The notes under the pieces were generated by a model. It saw nothing but the letters and a program-made list of their open reading frames with translations, was not told where the DNA came from and did not search any database. This document shows, one piece after another, positions 35,501 through 45,063 of a stretch of 64,000 nucleotides of DNA (its first letter is position 1; every line of letters starts with the position of its first letter). This stretch comes from Actinomycetes bacterium (GTDB lineage Bacteria; Actinomycetota; Acidimicrobiia; Acidimicrobiales; SZUA-35): NCBI GenBank assembly GCA_024280015.1, contig JAJRQY010000006.1, positions 11 to 64,010 of the forward strand, written 5' to 3'. A program made the translations under genes and the position numbers.

Positions 35501-36356
35501 GCGAGGTCTCGGCCACATTGGTGGCCAACACAATGCGCCGTTTCTTATGGCCAGCAAAGACCCGGTGTTGTTCGGCTGCTGACAGTCGGGCGTAGAGAGG
35601 GAAGATCTCGGTGTTGGCGAACTTTCGGTCCTCCAGAGCATCGTGGGCGTCACGAATGTCCTGCTCACCGGCACAGAAAACCAGGATGTCGCCGTCCTGG
35701 TCGCGCCACAGTTCTTCCACCGCGTCACCGATGGCGGTCGGCTGATCTCGTCGCTCACCCGAGGGGCGCACAAGCGGCCGGTAGCGAGTCTCAACCGGGT
35801 AGGTCCTACCGGAGACCTCGATGATCGGTGCTTGGTCGAAGTGATCGGAGAACCGTTCGGTGTCGATTGTGGCCGAGGTGATGATGACCTTGAGGTCCGG
35901 ACGGCGGGGCAACAGCTGGCGCAATATGCCGAGCAAGAAGTCAATATTGAGGCTGCGTTCGTGGGCCTCATCAATGATAATGGTGTCGTAGCGCTTCAGC
36001 AGTCGATCACGTTGGATCTCGGCCAACAAGATGCCGTCGGTCATGAGCTTGATACGTGTTGACTTGCTGACCTGGTCGGTGAATCTGACCTTGTATCCAA
36101 CAAGATCACCCAGCTTGGTTTCGGTTTCTTCAGCGACGCGCTCGGCCACGGCTCTGGCCGCCAAACGCCGAGGCTGGGTATGGCCAATGAGGCGGTCCTG
36201 GCCAAGTCCAAGGTCGACGCAGATCTTTGGAAGCTGGGTGCTCTTGCCCGAACCAGTCTCGCCAGCAACGATGACGACCTGGTTGTTGGTGATTGCTTCC
36301 TTGATCTCATCCAGCCGGTCCGTGATTGGTAGCTCAGCCGGGAAGCTCAGTTTCAT
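32583..36356 (-). CDS. hrpA: ATP-dependent RNA helicase HrpA (DEAH-box)
   Basis: GETGSGKSTQLP, DEAHERS, TNVAETSLTVPG and QRAGRCGR motifs. 1257 aa with the long HrpA-type C-terminal extension. Confidence 0.9.
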   Translation of the reverse strand: MKLSFPAELPITDRLDEIKEAITNNQVVIVAGETGSGKSTQLPKICVDLGLGQDRLIGHTQPRRLAARAVAERVAEETETKLGDLVGYKVRFTDQVSKSTRIKLMTDGILLAEIQRDRLLKRYDTIIIDEAHERSLNIDFLLGILRQLLPRRPDLKVIITSATIDTERFSDHFDQAPIIEVSGRTYPVETRYRPLVRPSGERRDQPTAIGDAVEELWRDQDGDILVFCAGEQDIRDAHDALEDRKFANTEIFPLYARLSAAEQHRVFAGHKKRRIVLATNVAETSLTVPGIRSVIDPGNARISRYSNRTKVQRLPIEAISQASANQRAGRCGRLGPGVCIRLYSEDDFLSRPEFTDPEIQRTNLASVILAMASLGLGDIVDFPFLEPPDRRNIRDGIALLEELDAVDPQRQGTPKWLTPMGVKLAKLPVDPRLGRMIIEAGRNSCLHEIMVIVAALSVQDPRERPTEKRQAATESHARFAHPSSDFLSYLNLWNYVKTERSDRSQNQFRKLCRREFLNFNRIREWQDVYRQLRRVADELKLPRTSGEPLPEDIHYSLLSGLLSHIGMKDEKKAKPATKPASGQRRDGARAKPAEFIGARNARFVVASGSALSKKPPTWVMAGELVETNRLWARTMAQIDPAWAERLGEHLVARSYTEPWWEQERGAALTTERVSLYGLPLVAGRTKNLEHFDASLAREMFIHHALIEGEWETSHDFALLNSKLTDEVAALEARSRQPDLMADRQLLFDFYDQHLPRSVTSSRHFNSWWKKKRATDPRLLDLTHEILLGGRDEGIDHDAFPDHLTIGGIQLSLSYEFDSTSPIDGITIDVPLAVLNQLDDGDFSWLVPGFQQEAGELLVRSLDKTTRKALSPIPSKVADALSDIKQDLHPGRTFDQALRRSLERSTGVSIQAHAFKPEDLPRHLRPTFRVVGTSQQTLAAGKSLESLKVRLDAQIRQALGDARHDVERDGLTQWDFGDLPQTVETQSGDHVVKAFPALVDNGTSASIRLQVTAEEQVEAMWAGTRRLLYLDIKAPMRTLDGLLSSDTQLAMAANATQSKAEWFIDALTSVLDEILSDQGGPSFTQEGHVRIQTYAKNATPELLIGVATAMNSILPTIQRIDVLLDQTEAQSVSHLAKHNRLQPSLSDARSHRDRLVYPGMLTGVGFNRLEDVARYLEGIAFRLESLPASPAKDRDALGICGDVEQLYRAACSHSDQFDELEEISWLIEELRVRQFAQHLAIADKVTGKRVKNALRLLS

Positions 36357-36386
36357 CGCCTAGTCAATCTCATCGCAGGAGCAGTC

Positions 36387-37685
36387 TCATAGCTTCTTTG
36401 GTCGAGCAAAGATGGCCTTGAGATAACTACCTTGGGGAAAGGTCGCAGGATGATCGAGGGCGTGTTCGGTTGTGTTGAATGCTCGCAGGTCATAGCCATT
36501 GAGACGGGCCGCCTCATGTACCCCGTCAAAGAACCGGTCGGCACTCAGCCTGCTGGAACAGGATGACTGCACAAGAATCCCGTCGGGAGCCAGCAGAGCC
36601 AATGCGAGCGAAGTTAATCGACGGTATGCCCGTTGAGCTCGACTAATGTCGGCCTGCTTTTGGGCGAAGGACGGAGGATCAACAATGATCAGATCGAACT
36701 GCTGGCCGTCAGCCGCCAGTCTCTCCATCTCCTCAAACGCGTCAGTTGTCGAGGTCGTGATTGTGCACTGTTGAACTGAGGGGATCGATTGGTTTCTGGC
36801 AACATTGGCCAGGAGTGTCTCGATGGCGAGCGGTGCTTGATCAATGGCATGCACCGAGGTTGCTCCACCCGCCGCGGCGGCAAGGGTGAACCCTCCAGTA
36901 CAGCTGAAGACATCTAGCACGCGACGACCACGAGTTAGGGTTGACACCAGCCGCCGGTTGTCGCGCTGGTCCAGGAAGTGCCCAGTCTTTTGGCCACGTA
37001 GCAGATTGGCCTCAAAGCTAAGGCTGTTCTCGACAAAGTCAACTTTGGTGGGTGAATCGGGAGGGGCTGAGCTGTCGGGCCCCACGGTGACTTCCTCGAG
37101 ATGGTTGTCCCCGGTCGACGTAGCAGCCAGCTGGATCACCATCCCGTCACTGGCGCCAAAGGTCTCACCCTGAGCCACATTGCGGGAGAGCCTGAGGACA
37201 AGTCCTGGTCCAGCACCATCTTCAGCCTTGAGTAGGTGTCCCAATGCCACTGCTATCGAAGTGAGATGGGGAAACCAGGCGGCAGAATACAACTTGACGA
37301 CGAGCCAGGAATTGTACCGATCAACAATCAACCCAGGTAGTCCATCGTTTTCGCCGTTAACCAGGCGGTAGGCCGAAGTTGCGACATCGTCATGCAGAGG
37401 CTGCCGCAGCTGGATGGCGGTGCTCAGTCGTTCTTCCCAGAAGCCGGCATTGATTGTCTTGGGGCGCCCAGCGTGCAAGATCTTGATCCGGATGGGCGAG
37501 TCTGGATCGAATAAGCCGATGGCCAGGAACTTCCGATCGTGGTCAAAGATGACCGCCAAGTCGCCAGTGTCTGGACGGTCAACTAATCCGGTAGCTGGTG
37601 TTCCGGACTCGATTGATTGCTCAAAAACCCAGGGGTGCCCACCACGGATCTGGCGCTCGGCGTCCTTAGTGACTCGTACCGCCAT
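36387..37685 (-). CDS. class I SAM-dependent rRNA (cytosine-C5) methyltransferase, RlmI-like (PUA plus MTase)
   Basis: N-terminal GGHPWVF PUA-type motif. SAM-binding VLDVFSCTGGF and DLIIVDPPSF motifs. I prefer the start at MAVRVTK (37685) to 37718. Confidence 0.8.
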   Translation of the reverse strand: MAVRVTKDAERQIRGGHPWVFEQSIESGTPATGLVDRPDTGDLAVIFDHDRKFLAIGLFDPDSPIRIKILHAGRPKTINAGFWEERLSTAIQLRQPLHDDVATSAYRLVNGENDGLPGLIVDRYNSWLVVKLYSAAWFPHLTSIAVALGHLLKAEDGAGPGLVLRLSRNVAQGETFGASDGMVIQLAATSTGDNHLEEVTVGPDSSAPPDSPTKVDFVENSLSFEANLLRGQKTGHFLDQRDNRRLVSTLTRGRRVLDVFSCTGGFTLAAAAGGATSVHAIDQAPLAIETLLANVARNQSIPSVQQCTITTSTTDAFEEMERLAADGQQFDLIIVDPPSFAQKQADISRAQRAYRRLTSLALALLAPDGILVQSSCSSRLSADRFFDGVHEAARLNGYDLRAFNTTEHALDHPATFPQGSYLKAIFARPKKL

Positions 37686-37861
37686 CCTCTTGGCTGCTGG
37701 GGTTGGAAATCGAAGCATCCTGGCACCGTAGCGTCCAGATGACTGCGGGCCGGGGGAGTTGCGAGAACGGGAACAACCGGGGTGCCGTTTTGCTCGGCCC
37801 AGCCCGAGTTCTGAATCTTCTTCCCTTAAGAAACCACGAAGAGTGACCGATACTACAAGCT

Positions 37862-39145
37862 ATGCCTACCACGTTCGAAGATGTCGATCATCTGCTTCGG
37901 CGAGCAGGCTTTGGTGGCACCACAGCAGAGATTACTGCGCTCATGCCGCTGGACTGGCCCGATGTGGTCAACAGCGTTCTTGATACGTCTGCTGCACTAT
38001 CACCTGATATTGGTTTACCGAGCCATAGCAGTGGAAGTAGCTGGCAACGCTATATCGAGATCGTGCAGATCTGGATGGACCGGTGCCGGGTTTCACCGAC
38101 GCCCATCCAAGAAAAGATGGTCCTCTTTTGGCACGGTCATCTGTGTTCCAGCATTGAAAAGGTCTCCGACGCCCGCCTCATGTTTGACCAGAATCAGCTC
38201 TTTCGACGAGAGGGTCTTGGCGGCTTTGAGAATCTGCTGCAGAAGGCTGCCGTTCAGCCTGCCATGCTCCTGTATCTGGACAACGCAAGTAACGAGTCTG
38301 GTGACCCGAATGAGAACTTCGCCCGCGAACTCATGGAGTTGTTCACCCTTGGGGTAGGCCACTACAGCGAAGATGATGTCCGCGAGTCCGCTCGGGCCTG
38401 GACCGGTCATGGTGTTGATGAGGATGAGAGCCGTTATGAGTTTCACGCCGGTGACCATGACTACGGACTGAAAACGTTCATGGGTGACGAACGAGACTGG
38501 GATGGACCCCAGATCATTGATCGGCTGCTCAACGGATCAACCAAGATGCAAGTTGCCCGCTTCATGAGCACCAAGATTTGGGAGTTCTTTGCCTACAGCA
38601 ACCCAGATCCCTCCCTCATCGAGCAGCTTGCAACTGGCTTTGCCGCCAGCGACCTGAATATGACGGCGTTGCTTCGGTCAGTATTCCTTCACCCGGAGTT
38701 CCGCTCCCAGCGCTGTCGCCAAGGACTGGTTCGAAGCCCCATAGATTTCATTGTGGCCCTCATGCGTAGGACCGGTGTTGATGCCGCGATTGCCCACCCC
38801 GAGTGGAACACTGAGCCAATGGGTCAGGCCCCATTTCAGCCGCCTAACGTCGCTGGCTGGAAGCAGAACGAAGCATGGATCAGCCCCTCCAATGTGTGGG
38901 GGAAACGATCAGCAGCCAGCACGGTTCGCTGGCATCTTCTAGAGAACACCGCCCTGCTGGACAACGACGAAGCAACCGCCGCTGTTGCAGTCGAAGCAGC
39001 CTTCCAGCTCTTTGGTATCTACAACCCCTCGGGAGCGAGCCGAAGCAATCTCGAACACTTCTACAACACCGAGCCACACTCGTGGGCTCGGCGGGCTGGC
39101 TTGTTGCTCTTGACTCCACTCACTCCCGATTTCCAGATGGCCTGA
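37862..39145 (+). CDS. DUF1800 domain-containing protein
   Basis: MVLFWHGHL, FARELMELFTLGVG and PNVAGW-type motifs characteristic of DUF1800. Always paired with DUF1501. Confidence 0.75.
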   Translation: MPTTFEDVDHLLRRAGFGGTTAEITALMPLDWPDVVNSVLDTSAALSPDIGLPSHSSGSSWQRYIEIVQIWMDRCRVSPTPIQEKMVLFWHGHLCSSIEKVSDARLMFDQNQLFRREGLGGFENLLQKAAVQPAMLLYLDNASNESGDPNENFARELMELFTLGVGHYSEDDVRESARAWTGHGVDEDESRYEFHAGDHDYGLKTFMGDERDWDGPQIIDRLLNGSTKMQVARFMSTKIWEFFAYSNPDPSLIEQLATGFAASDLNMTALLRSVFLHPEFRSQRCRQGLVRSPIDFIVALMRRTGVDAAIAHPEWNTEPMGQAPFQPPNVAGWKQNEAWISPSNVWGKRSAASTVRWHLLENTALLDNDEATAAVAVEAAFQLFGIYNPSGASRSNLEHFYNTEPHSWARRAGLLLLTPLTPDFQMA

Positions 39146-39146
39146 T

Positions 39147-41153
39147 ATGCGCCTTGATCTTTCGACCATGATTCCCGAGACCCAGTCCGCCCCTTGCACG
39201 ACCAGCTTTGGGGCCATGTCGCTCGGCCTGAAGAGGCGCCATTTTCTCCAGTCAATGGGAGCCCTCGGAGCGGCATCCATGCTGCCCCTGGCCCTGGCCG
39301 ATATGGCCGAGGCAGCAACACCGGTTGGCCCAACCGACGGCATCTTGTTGCTCATCACCATGAACGGTGGCTGCGATGCCCTGGATCTGGTTGTGCCTAT
39401 CAACAACGGCACCTACTACTCAAAGAGATCCGGTCTTGCAGTGCCAGCAGGGTCGACCCACCAGATTGATGCCAACCATGGCTTGCATCCTGAGCTCGGA
39501 GCAATCAAGGCACGCTGGGACGCAGGTCAGGTTGCGGTCATCGAAGGAGTTGGAGACCCGGCAGGAAACCTGAGTCACTTCGACAATATGGCCAGGATCA
39601 TGGCCGCTCAAACCGGTGAAGGAGTCCGGCGGACGGGTTGGCTTGGACGATATATGGACGGACTCGCCGGTGGCAACAGCGCCTTCCACGGCGTGTCCTT
39701 TGGCGGCTCCGTCCCCCTGGACTCTCAGGGCGCCCGACGCCAGGCGACAGCCCTGCGAGCCAACGACAACAATCTGGTAAATCCCAACACCGCCGAAGCT
39801 TGGGAACGCAATCACATCCTGGCTCTACAGAGCTTTGGGCAGAGTTCATCTGGGCGGGGCGATCTAGCAGACCTGGTTGGTCGAGCCAGCTATGACGCGG
39901 TCCAGATGGCCTATTCGGTCGCACCCCTCTATAGCCCTGAGCTTCCAGAAGGTGACCTTGCTGGACAGATGGTCATGGCCGCTCGGCTAATTAACGCCAA
40001 TCTTGGAATCCGGGTGTTCTCCTTGAACTTCGGAGACTTCGACGGGCACGCCAACCACCGCTCCCTCCACGATGAGGGAATGCGGGAGCTGAACCAAGGT
40101 ATTGAGGCTTTCTTTTCCGAACTGGCCTATGACTATCTTGACCAGGTCATGGTTTTGACAACCAGCGAGTTTGGCCGTCGGGTTCAACCCAACCGGTCTG
40201 GTGGCACAGATCACGGATCGGCGGCAACGTATCTGGCCATTGGCACCCAGATCAAGGGTGGCATCTACGGAGCAGCACCGTCCCTGACGGACTTGGACGA
40301 GCACCGGAATATGCGAATCTCGGTCGACTACCGAGCGGTGTACGGAACGGTTCTTGATCGCTGGCTCAATGCCGATTCTGGTCAGATTCTTGGCGGCTCC
40401 TACGAGGACCTGGACTTCACCCACGCTCCAGCAAGCGTGGATCCTGGACCTCGACCCTCGTTCCTTGCTGGCCTCGAGCGCCGTGACCAGATCATCCGCC
40501 TCTATCTGGCCTACTTCCTGCGTATGCCCGATACCGCCGGTTTAGATTTCTGGATTGGACGCAGGATCGGGGGAGCGTCCTTGGCTGGAATTTCGACTGC
40601 GTTCGCCGAATCACCGGAATTTCGCAGTACCTACGGCAACCTCTCAAATAGCGGCTTCGCCAAGCTCGTGTACCAGAATGTTCTTGGCCGAGAACCAGAC
40701 TCCGAGGGTCTCGCCTTCTGGACATCGGAACTGGACCGGGGCGTATCCCGTGGAAATGTCATGATCGGCTTCTCCGATTCAGCTGAGTATCGCACTCGAG
40801 TTGCACCCCAGATTGCCGAATTTGATCGGACCGGTCCGCTGGCCCGTCTTTACTACGCCTACTTCTTACGGGCGCCGGACCGAGAGGGCCGGGACTATTG
40901 GAATTCGACTGGTAAGTCCGTTGGCGAGATCAGCCAAGCCTTCTCTGAATCAGCCGAGTTCACGAACCGCTATGGAGCCTTGTCGAATACCGACTTTGTG
41001 GCCCTGGTCTATCGAAACGTACTGGACCGAGAACCTGAGCCCGCAGGACATCAGTACTGGACCAGGCATGTCGATCGCGGGTTGAGTCGAGGAGCCGTGA
41101 TGGTTCAATTCAGCGAAAGCCCCGAGTTCGTAACGTCGTTCACTGCCTCTTGA
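39147..41153 (+). CDS. DUF1501 (sulfatase-fold, Tat-exported) protein fused to two C-terminal DUF4214 repeats
   Basis: Twin-arginine signal (LKRRHFLQSMGALGAASMLP; likely true start ATG 39216). DFDGHANH and GGTDHG motifs. C-terminal duplicated segments ...LVYQNVLGREPDSEGLAFW...SRGNVMIGFSDSAEY and ...LVYRNVLDREPEPAGHQYW...SRGAVMVQFSESPEF. Confidence 0.8.
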   Translation: MRLDLSTMIPETQSAPCTTSFGAMSLGLKRRHFLQSMGALGAASMLPLALADMAEAATPVGPTDGILLLITMNGGCDALDLVVPINNGTYYSKRSGLAVPAGSTHQIDANHGLHPELGAIKARWDAGQVAVIEGVGDPAGNLSHFDNMARIMAAQTGEGVRRTGWLGRYMDGLAGGNSAFHGVSFGGSVPLDSQGARRQATALRANDNNLVNPNTAEAWERNHILALQSFGQSSSGRGDLADLVGRASYDAVQMAYSVAPLYSPELPEGDLAGQMVMAARLINANLGIRVFSLNFGDFDGHANHRSLHDEGMRELNQGIEAFFSELAYDYLDQVMVLTTSEFGRRVQPNRSGGTDHGSAATYLAIGTQIKGGIYGAAPSLTDLDEHRNMRISVDYRAVYGTVLDRWLNADSGQILGGSYEDLDFTHAPASVDPGPRPSFLAGLERRDQIIRLYLAYFLRMPDTAGLDFWIGRRIGGASLAGISTAFAESPEFRSTYGNLSNSGFAKLVYQNVLGREPDSEGLAFWTSELDRGVSRGNVMIGFSDSAEYRTRVAPQIAEFDRTGPLARLYYAYFLRAPDREGRDYWNSTGKSVGEISQAFSESAEFTNRYGALSNTDFVALVYRNVLDREPEPAGHQYWTRHVDRGLSRGAVMVQFSESPEFVTSFTAS

Positions 41154-41161
41154 GGCCTGCT

Positions 41162-43909
41162 TTAGGCATCAATTCCTAGGGCGTCCAGGAGTTCGTCAGC
41201 AGGGAGCGACCGTGAGAACAAGTAGCCCTGCATCTCGTCGGTTCCTAGGGCGATCATCTGCTCTGCCTGTTCTACTGTCTCGACGCCTTCGGCCAAGATG
41301 GTGGCTCCGAGGATTTGTCCGGTGGCCATGATCATCTTGATCAGGTCGCGGTCGGTGCTGCTGCGAGTGACGGTTCGGACGAAGCTGGAGTCGATCTTCA
41401 GAATGTCGATTGGCAGGTCGCGCATTTGGGCGAGGGAGGTATAGCCGGTTCCGAAATTGTCGATGGCGATCTGGATGCCGACATCGCGAAGACGTTGCAG
41501 GCCCGGAGCATGCAGACCAAGATTCTCGAAAAGGGTGTTTTCCTTGAGTTCAAGTGTCAATCTTGCTGGATCGAGGCCGCGGTTCTTGACCCGCTCGATA
41601 ATGCTGTCGACAAACCCCTCCGAAGAAAGATTGCGTCCAGAGATGTTTACCGAGATTGGGATCTTGCCGAGTAATGGGTGAGATGACCATTCATCGAGTT
41701 GCTCGCTCACAATGTCGAGAACTCGTCGATCAATCTCGATGATGAGGTCCGAGTGACCGGCAAATTCAATGAAGTTGCTGGCCTCAAGTAAGCCGTGGCC
41801 CGGTCGGTCCCAACGCACCAGGGCCTCGAGCGACTTCAATTGATTGTGGTCAGGGCTGATGACTGCTTGGTAGTGAACACAGAATTCGTCCTGGTCCAGT
41901 CCTCGACGAAGTGCCTCGGTGAGACTTGCTTGGACTGCCACTCGTTGTCGGAGCTCATCATCGCAGACCTCAACCCGCCCCGATCCCAGGCCCTTCGCCT
42001 GGTAAACGGCAAGGTCCGCGTCACTAAGTAGTTGCGCGGGTCCTGCCTGGTCTTCTACGGACCCAATGGCGATGCCAACACTTGCCCCGACGCTCACGGA
42101 CACTCCATCGAACATCATCACGGCGCACACGGCTTGAACCAGGCGCTCAGCAAGCCCTACGGCCTCTTCCAGACCGCTGACCTTGCTGGCAACGACAACG
42201 AACTCGTCGCCTCCGAACCGGCCGACATGGTCACCAGGTCTAAGGGAGCCTTGGATGCGTCGGGAGACTTCTCGCAGCACGCGGTCGCCGACATGGTGGC
42301 CCAACCGATCGTTGACTGCCTTGAAGCCGTCGAGATCAATGAACATCACCGCCAGTGGGTGTCCGGATTCGGTCTGAGCCCCTATGGCGGCTTCGATGGC
42401 TTCGATGGATGCGGCGCGATTGGCAATTCCGGTCAGACTGTCGTGAGTAGCTTCGTGTTCGAGGCGTTTGCTGAACTCCTCGTTCCGCTTGATGGTCTCG
42501 GCCAGCCTCGTCACTGCGTCTTGGAGTGAGTATCCCAGATTGCCTCGCACCGTGGCATTGAGGCAGGGATCAGCCAGGTCTCCATTGGCTAGCGCCAAGG
42601 CTTGCTGCTGGGCCAGGGCAAGGTTGGCATCGGCGGCTTGGATAGCGCCCGCTGCGGCCCGGACCTCCATCGGCCCAGTGCTGGGGATCAGGCGATGGGT
42701 ATTGCCCGAACTGAGGTCAGCGGCTGACTGAGCAAGCTGGTTTAGCGGGCGAACCAGGATTCGCATGGCACCAAAGACCGCAAGGCCGCTGGCCAGAAGG
42801 AACAGGCCCCCGATTAGGCCGGCTTCCCAAACACGAGCGTTGCTCTCAGACTCCAAGTCGTTGGCGACGTCGGCGAGGTCGTCACCCGCAGCGGCTAGGA
42901 GGATGTTGTGGTGTTCTACTGAGGCGACTGAGGCCGAGAACATAACCTGGAACCCCGTGATGATGTCCGACAGTACGGACAAGGTGAATTCGGGTGAGCT
43001 GTAGCCGTTGGCGAGGGCCTCTTCTACCTTGTCTCGTACAACCTGTCGGAAGCGCTGAACATCGGGATCCTGGTTCAGGTCAGTCAAGGCGCCAATCGTT
43101 CTGGAGTCAGGATCGGAACGTTCCTGCATGAGATCGAGTGAGGTCTGGTAGGCAAGGTCTGAGTCCATGAGGATGAAATACTGAGAATGAAGATCCTGTT
43201 CTAGGTCAAAGAGGGTCCCGTAGATTGCGGCTTGTTGGACTGCAACCTCGACCCGAGAACGCTCGGCGGCCTCGAGTACCTGGACTGTCCGAGCCAGCCC
43301 ATCGCCAGCCGGAAGGTTCTGGGCCAGGCGCAGGAGTTCTCGAAAGACTGCGGTACTTGTCGCGTCAAGCAATCGTTGGGGTGAGCGATACTGTTCCAGA
43401 ACATCAGGGGTGTTCTGATCCGAGGTTCGGACGGCCCGAATGGATTCGGCCAATGTTGAGGCGGCCAATGTCGAGGCCGTCGTTGATTCCACCGTTTCCC
43501 TGGCGGCCAATTGGACAATGAGCTGATCGGTAATTTCTCGGGCTGCCTGGAGTTCGGTGACGACATCGACTTCGGCGACTCGCTCTACAAATCCTGGCGG
43601 TAGCTGGACCTCCTCGAGGCCCCGTTCGATCAGAAACCAGTTCCGCTCAGAGACAAGGGCTGTTCGTAGCTCGCCAATCAAGATGGCGTCATCAGCGAGA
43701 AGTTCGACTTCATCGATCCGGGTGCGTTGGCGCACCGCGGAAGAAATCTCTCGGATTGAAAGAACAACAACCCCGGCGAGCGGAATTGCGGCAAGAACGG
43801 CGAGCACCAGGACAACAGGTAACCCTCGGGTCCTGCTAGTGGTCAACGAGCTCACCCTCGACAGCTTCGGCCGTCGTTGTTGCCCTATGACGGCTGGGAT
43901 CGGGGCCAT
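41162..43909 (-). CDS. sensor-HAMP-GGDEF-EAL signalling protein (c-di-GMP turnover); N-terminal sensor possibly NIT-like
   Basis: GGDEF (RFGGDEFVV), EAL (LEALVRW) and DNFGTGYTS motifs. One N-terminal TM helix plus about 330 aa of helical extracytoplasmic region. The start is uncertain (43930/43909/43855), and all options overlap the upstream gene end. Confidence 0.85.
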   Translation of the reverse strand: MAPIPAVIGQQRRPKLSRVSSLTTSRTRGLPVVLVLAVLAAIPLAGVVVLSIREISSAVRQRTRIDEVELLADDAILIGELRTALVSERNWFLIERGLEEVQLPPGFVERVAEVDVVTELQAAREITDQLIVQLAARETVESTTASTLAASTLAESIRAVRTSDQNTPDVLEQYRSPQRLLDATSTAVFRELLRLAQNLPAGDGLARTVQVLEAAERSRVEVAVQQAAIYGTLFDLEQDLHSQYFILMDSDLAYQTSLDLMQERSDPDSRTIGALTDLNQDPDVQRFRQVVRDKVEEALANGYSSPEFTLSVLSDIITGFQVMFSASVASVEHHNILLAAAGDDLADVANDLESESNARVWEAGLIGGLFLLASGLAVFGAMRILVRPLNQLAQSAADLSSGNTHRLIPSTGPMEVRAAAGAIQAADANLALAQQQALALANGDLADPCLNATVRGNLGYSLQDAVTRLAETIKRNEEFSKRLEHEATHDSLTGIANRAASIEAIEAAIGAQTESGHPLAVMFIDLDGFKAVNDRLGHHVGDRVLREVSRRIQGSLRPGDHVGRFGGDEFVVVASKVSGLEEAVGLAERLVQAVCAVMMFDGVSVSVGASVGIAIGSVEDQAGPAQLLSDADLAVYQAKGLGSGRVEVCDDELRQRVAVQASLTEALRRGLDQDEFCVHYQAVISPDHNQLKSLEALVRWDRPGHGLLEASNFIEFAGHSDLIIEIDRRVLDIVSEQLDEWSSHPLLGKIPISVNISGRNLSSEGFVDSIIERVKNRGLDPARLTLELKENTLFENLGLHAPGLQRLRDVGIQIAIDNFGTGYTSLAQMRDLPIDILKIDSSFVRTVTRSSTDRDLIKMIMATGQILGATILAEGVETVEQAEQMIALGTDEMQGYLFSRSLPADELLDALGIDA

Positions 43910-44750
43910 CGGGTTCACTAGGCGCACCATTCCAAAGCGGAATCGTGCCCGACTCCGCGTCGAAGCCTTTGAGCCAGAGCGAATACCACGTTGGATCGGT
44001 TAGGTCTCGGGGGTTGTGGCTGGGCCAGAGGGAGACAAACAGTGCCGGCAGGAGATCAAAGGCGAAGCCGAAAGACCAGGTCAGAAGGTGTAGGTGCACG
44101 ATGGGGCGGTGGACCTGGCGTTGTGAGAACAACAGACTCCAAGTTGACCACCAAGCAAAGAAGATGAGGAGGAAGGTAGAAACGAGGATTCCCATAAACT
44201 GAGTCAGCCGCTTTGCCGAGACTGCCTGGAAGACGTCGTATGCCACGGTCTTATGCTCGACCTCCTCGGCGAGATGCCACAGAAAGAGCGTCGAGGCTGT
44301 CGGGTCTGCTCCGTCAAACAAGGAGCCAAGCTGGCGCTCAGTCCAGCGGGCACCGGTGTAGGCCAAGGTCTCGAACCCTGCGGCGAAGGCCAGGTTGAAA
44401 GCCTGGGAACGATGCTCAAGCAGATGATTGAAGGTCCTGTCCATTGCTCGTTCAACTCGTCGGAGTTTCGGATTAGAAGCAACAACGATGTCGTTGAGTT
44501 TCCGGTGTTGCTTGTGATGCTCCATTTCTTGCCTGGAGTAGGCCGTTGCTTCAACTTGTAAGTCGGCTTCAAGATTCGGAATTGAGCGCCGGACAGACTT
44601 CACAATGTAGGGCTCGGCGTAGGGCATCATCAGCGAAACCGCATTGGCAACGCAGGCAAACTCGGGCAGTCGGGGGTGCCACTCGGGTATGAAAGAATCG
44701 TCATATTCAAACCTGATGGAACGAACCTGAGCAGACATTGTTCGTTCCAT
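43836..44750 (-). CDS. predicted metal-dependent hydrolase (PF10118-like) with C-terminal hydrophobic segments
   Basis: FEYDDSFIPEWHPRLPEF...NAVSLMMPYAEPY and EMEHHKQH / AEEVEHK His-rich helices. Family recognised from memory. Confidence 0.6.
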   Translation of the reverse strand: MERTMSAQVRSIRFEYDDSFIPEWHPRLPEFACVANAVSLMMPYAEPYIVKSVRRSIPNLEADLQVEATAYSRQEMEHHKQHRKLNDIVVASNPKLRRVERAMDRTFNHLLEHRSQAFNLAFAAGFETLAYTGARWTERQLGSLFDGADPTASTLFLWHLAEEVEHKTVAYDVFQAVSAKRLTQFMGILVSTFLLIFFAWWSTWSLLFSQRQVHRPIVHLHLLTWSFGFAFDLLPALFVSLWPSHNPRDLTDPTWYSLWLKGFDAESGTIPLWNGAPSEPDGPDPSRHRATTTAEAVEGELVDH

Positions 44751-45063
44751 CGGCAGCGCATCTCCCTTTCTGAGGATCCGCAGCGGCGGGGACAGACGAT
44801 TGGCTCAGATGATTGGGCACGACTCATGACGGGTTTTGAGTCGTATCCGGCTAGCCTCATTCCTGTCCAGAGTTCTCGAACCCTGAACCAGCAGCCCTCG
44901 CTTCGTCAGCGCAGGGCACCCATCGCAGTATCGGATCCGTCCGCAGGGCATTGGGGCACCACTCGCAAGAGTGGCAGTCGACGAGACATCCGTGTCCGTA
45001 CCCGAATTGCTGTCGGGCCTCTGGGCATGATCCGACCTCCTAACCTGGATTGATCCCGAACCT

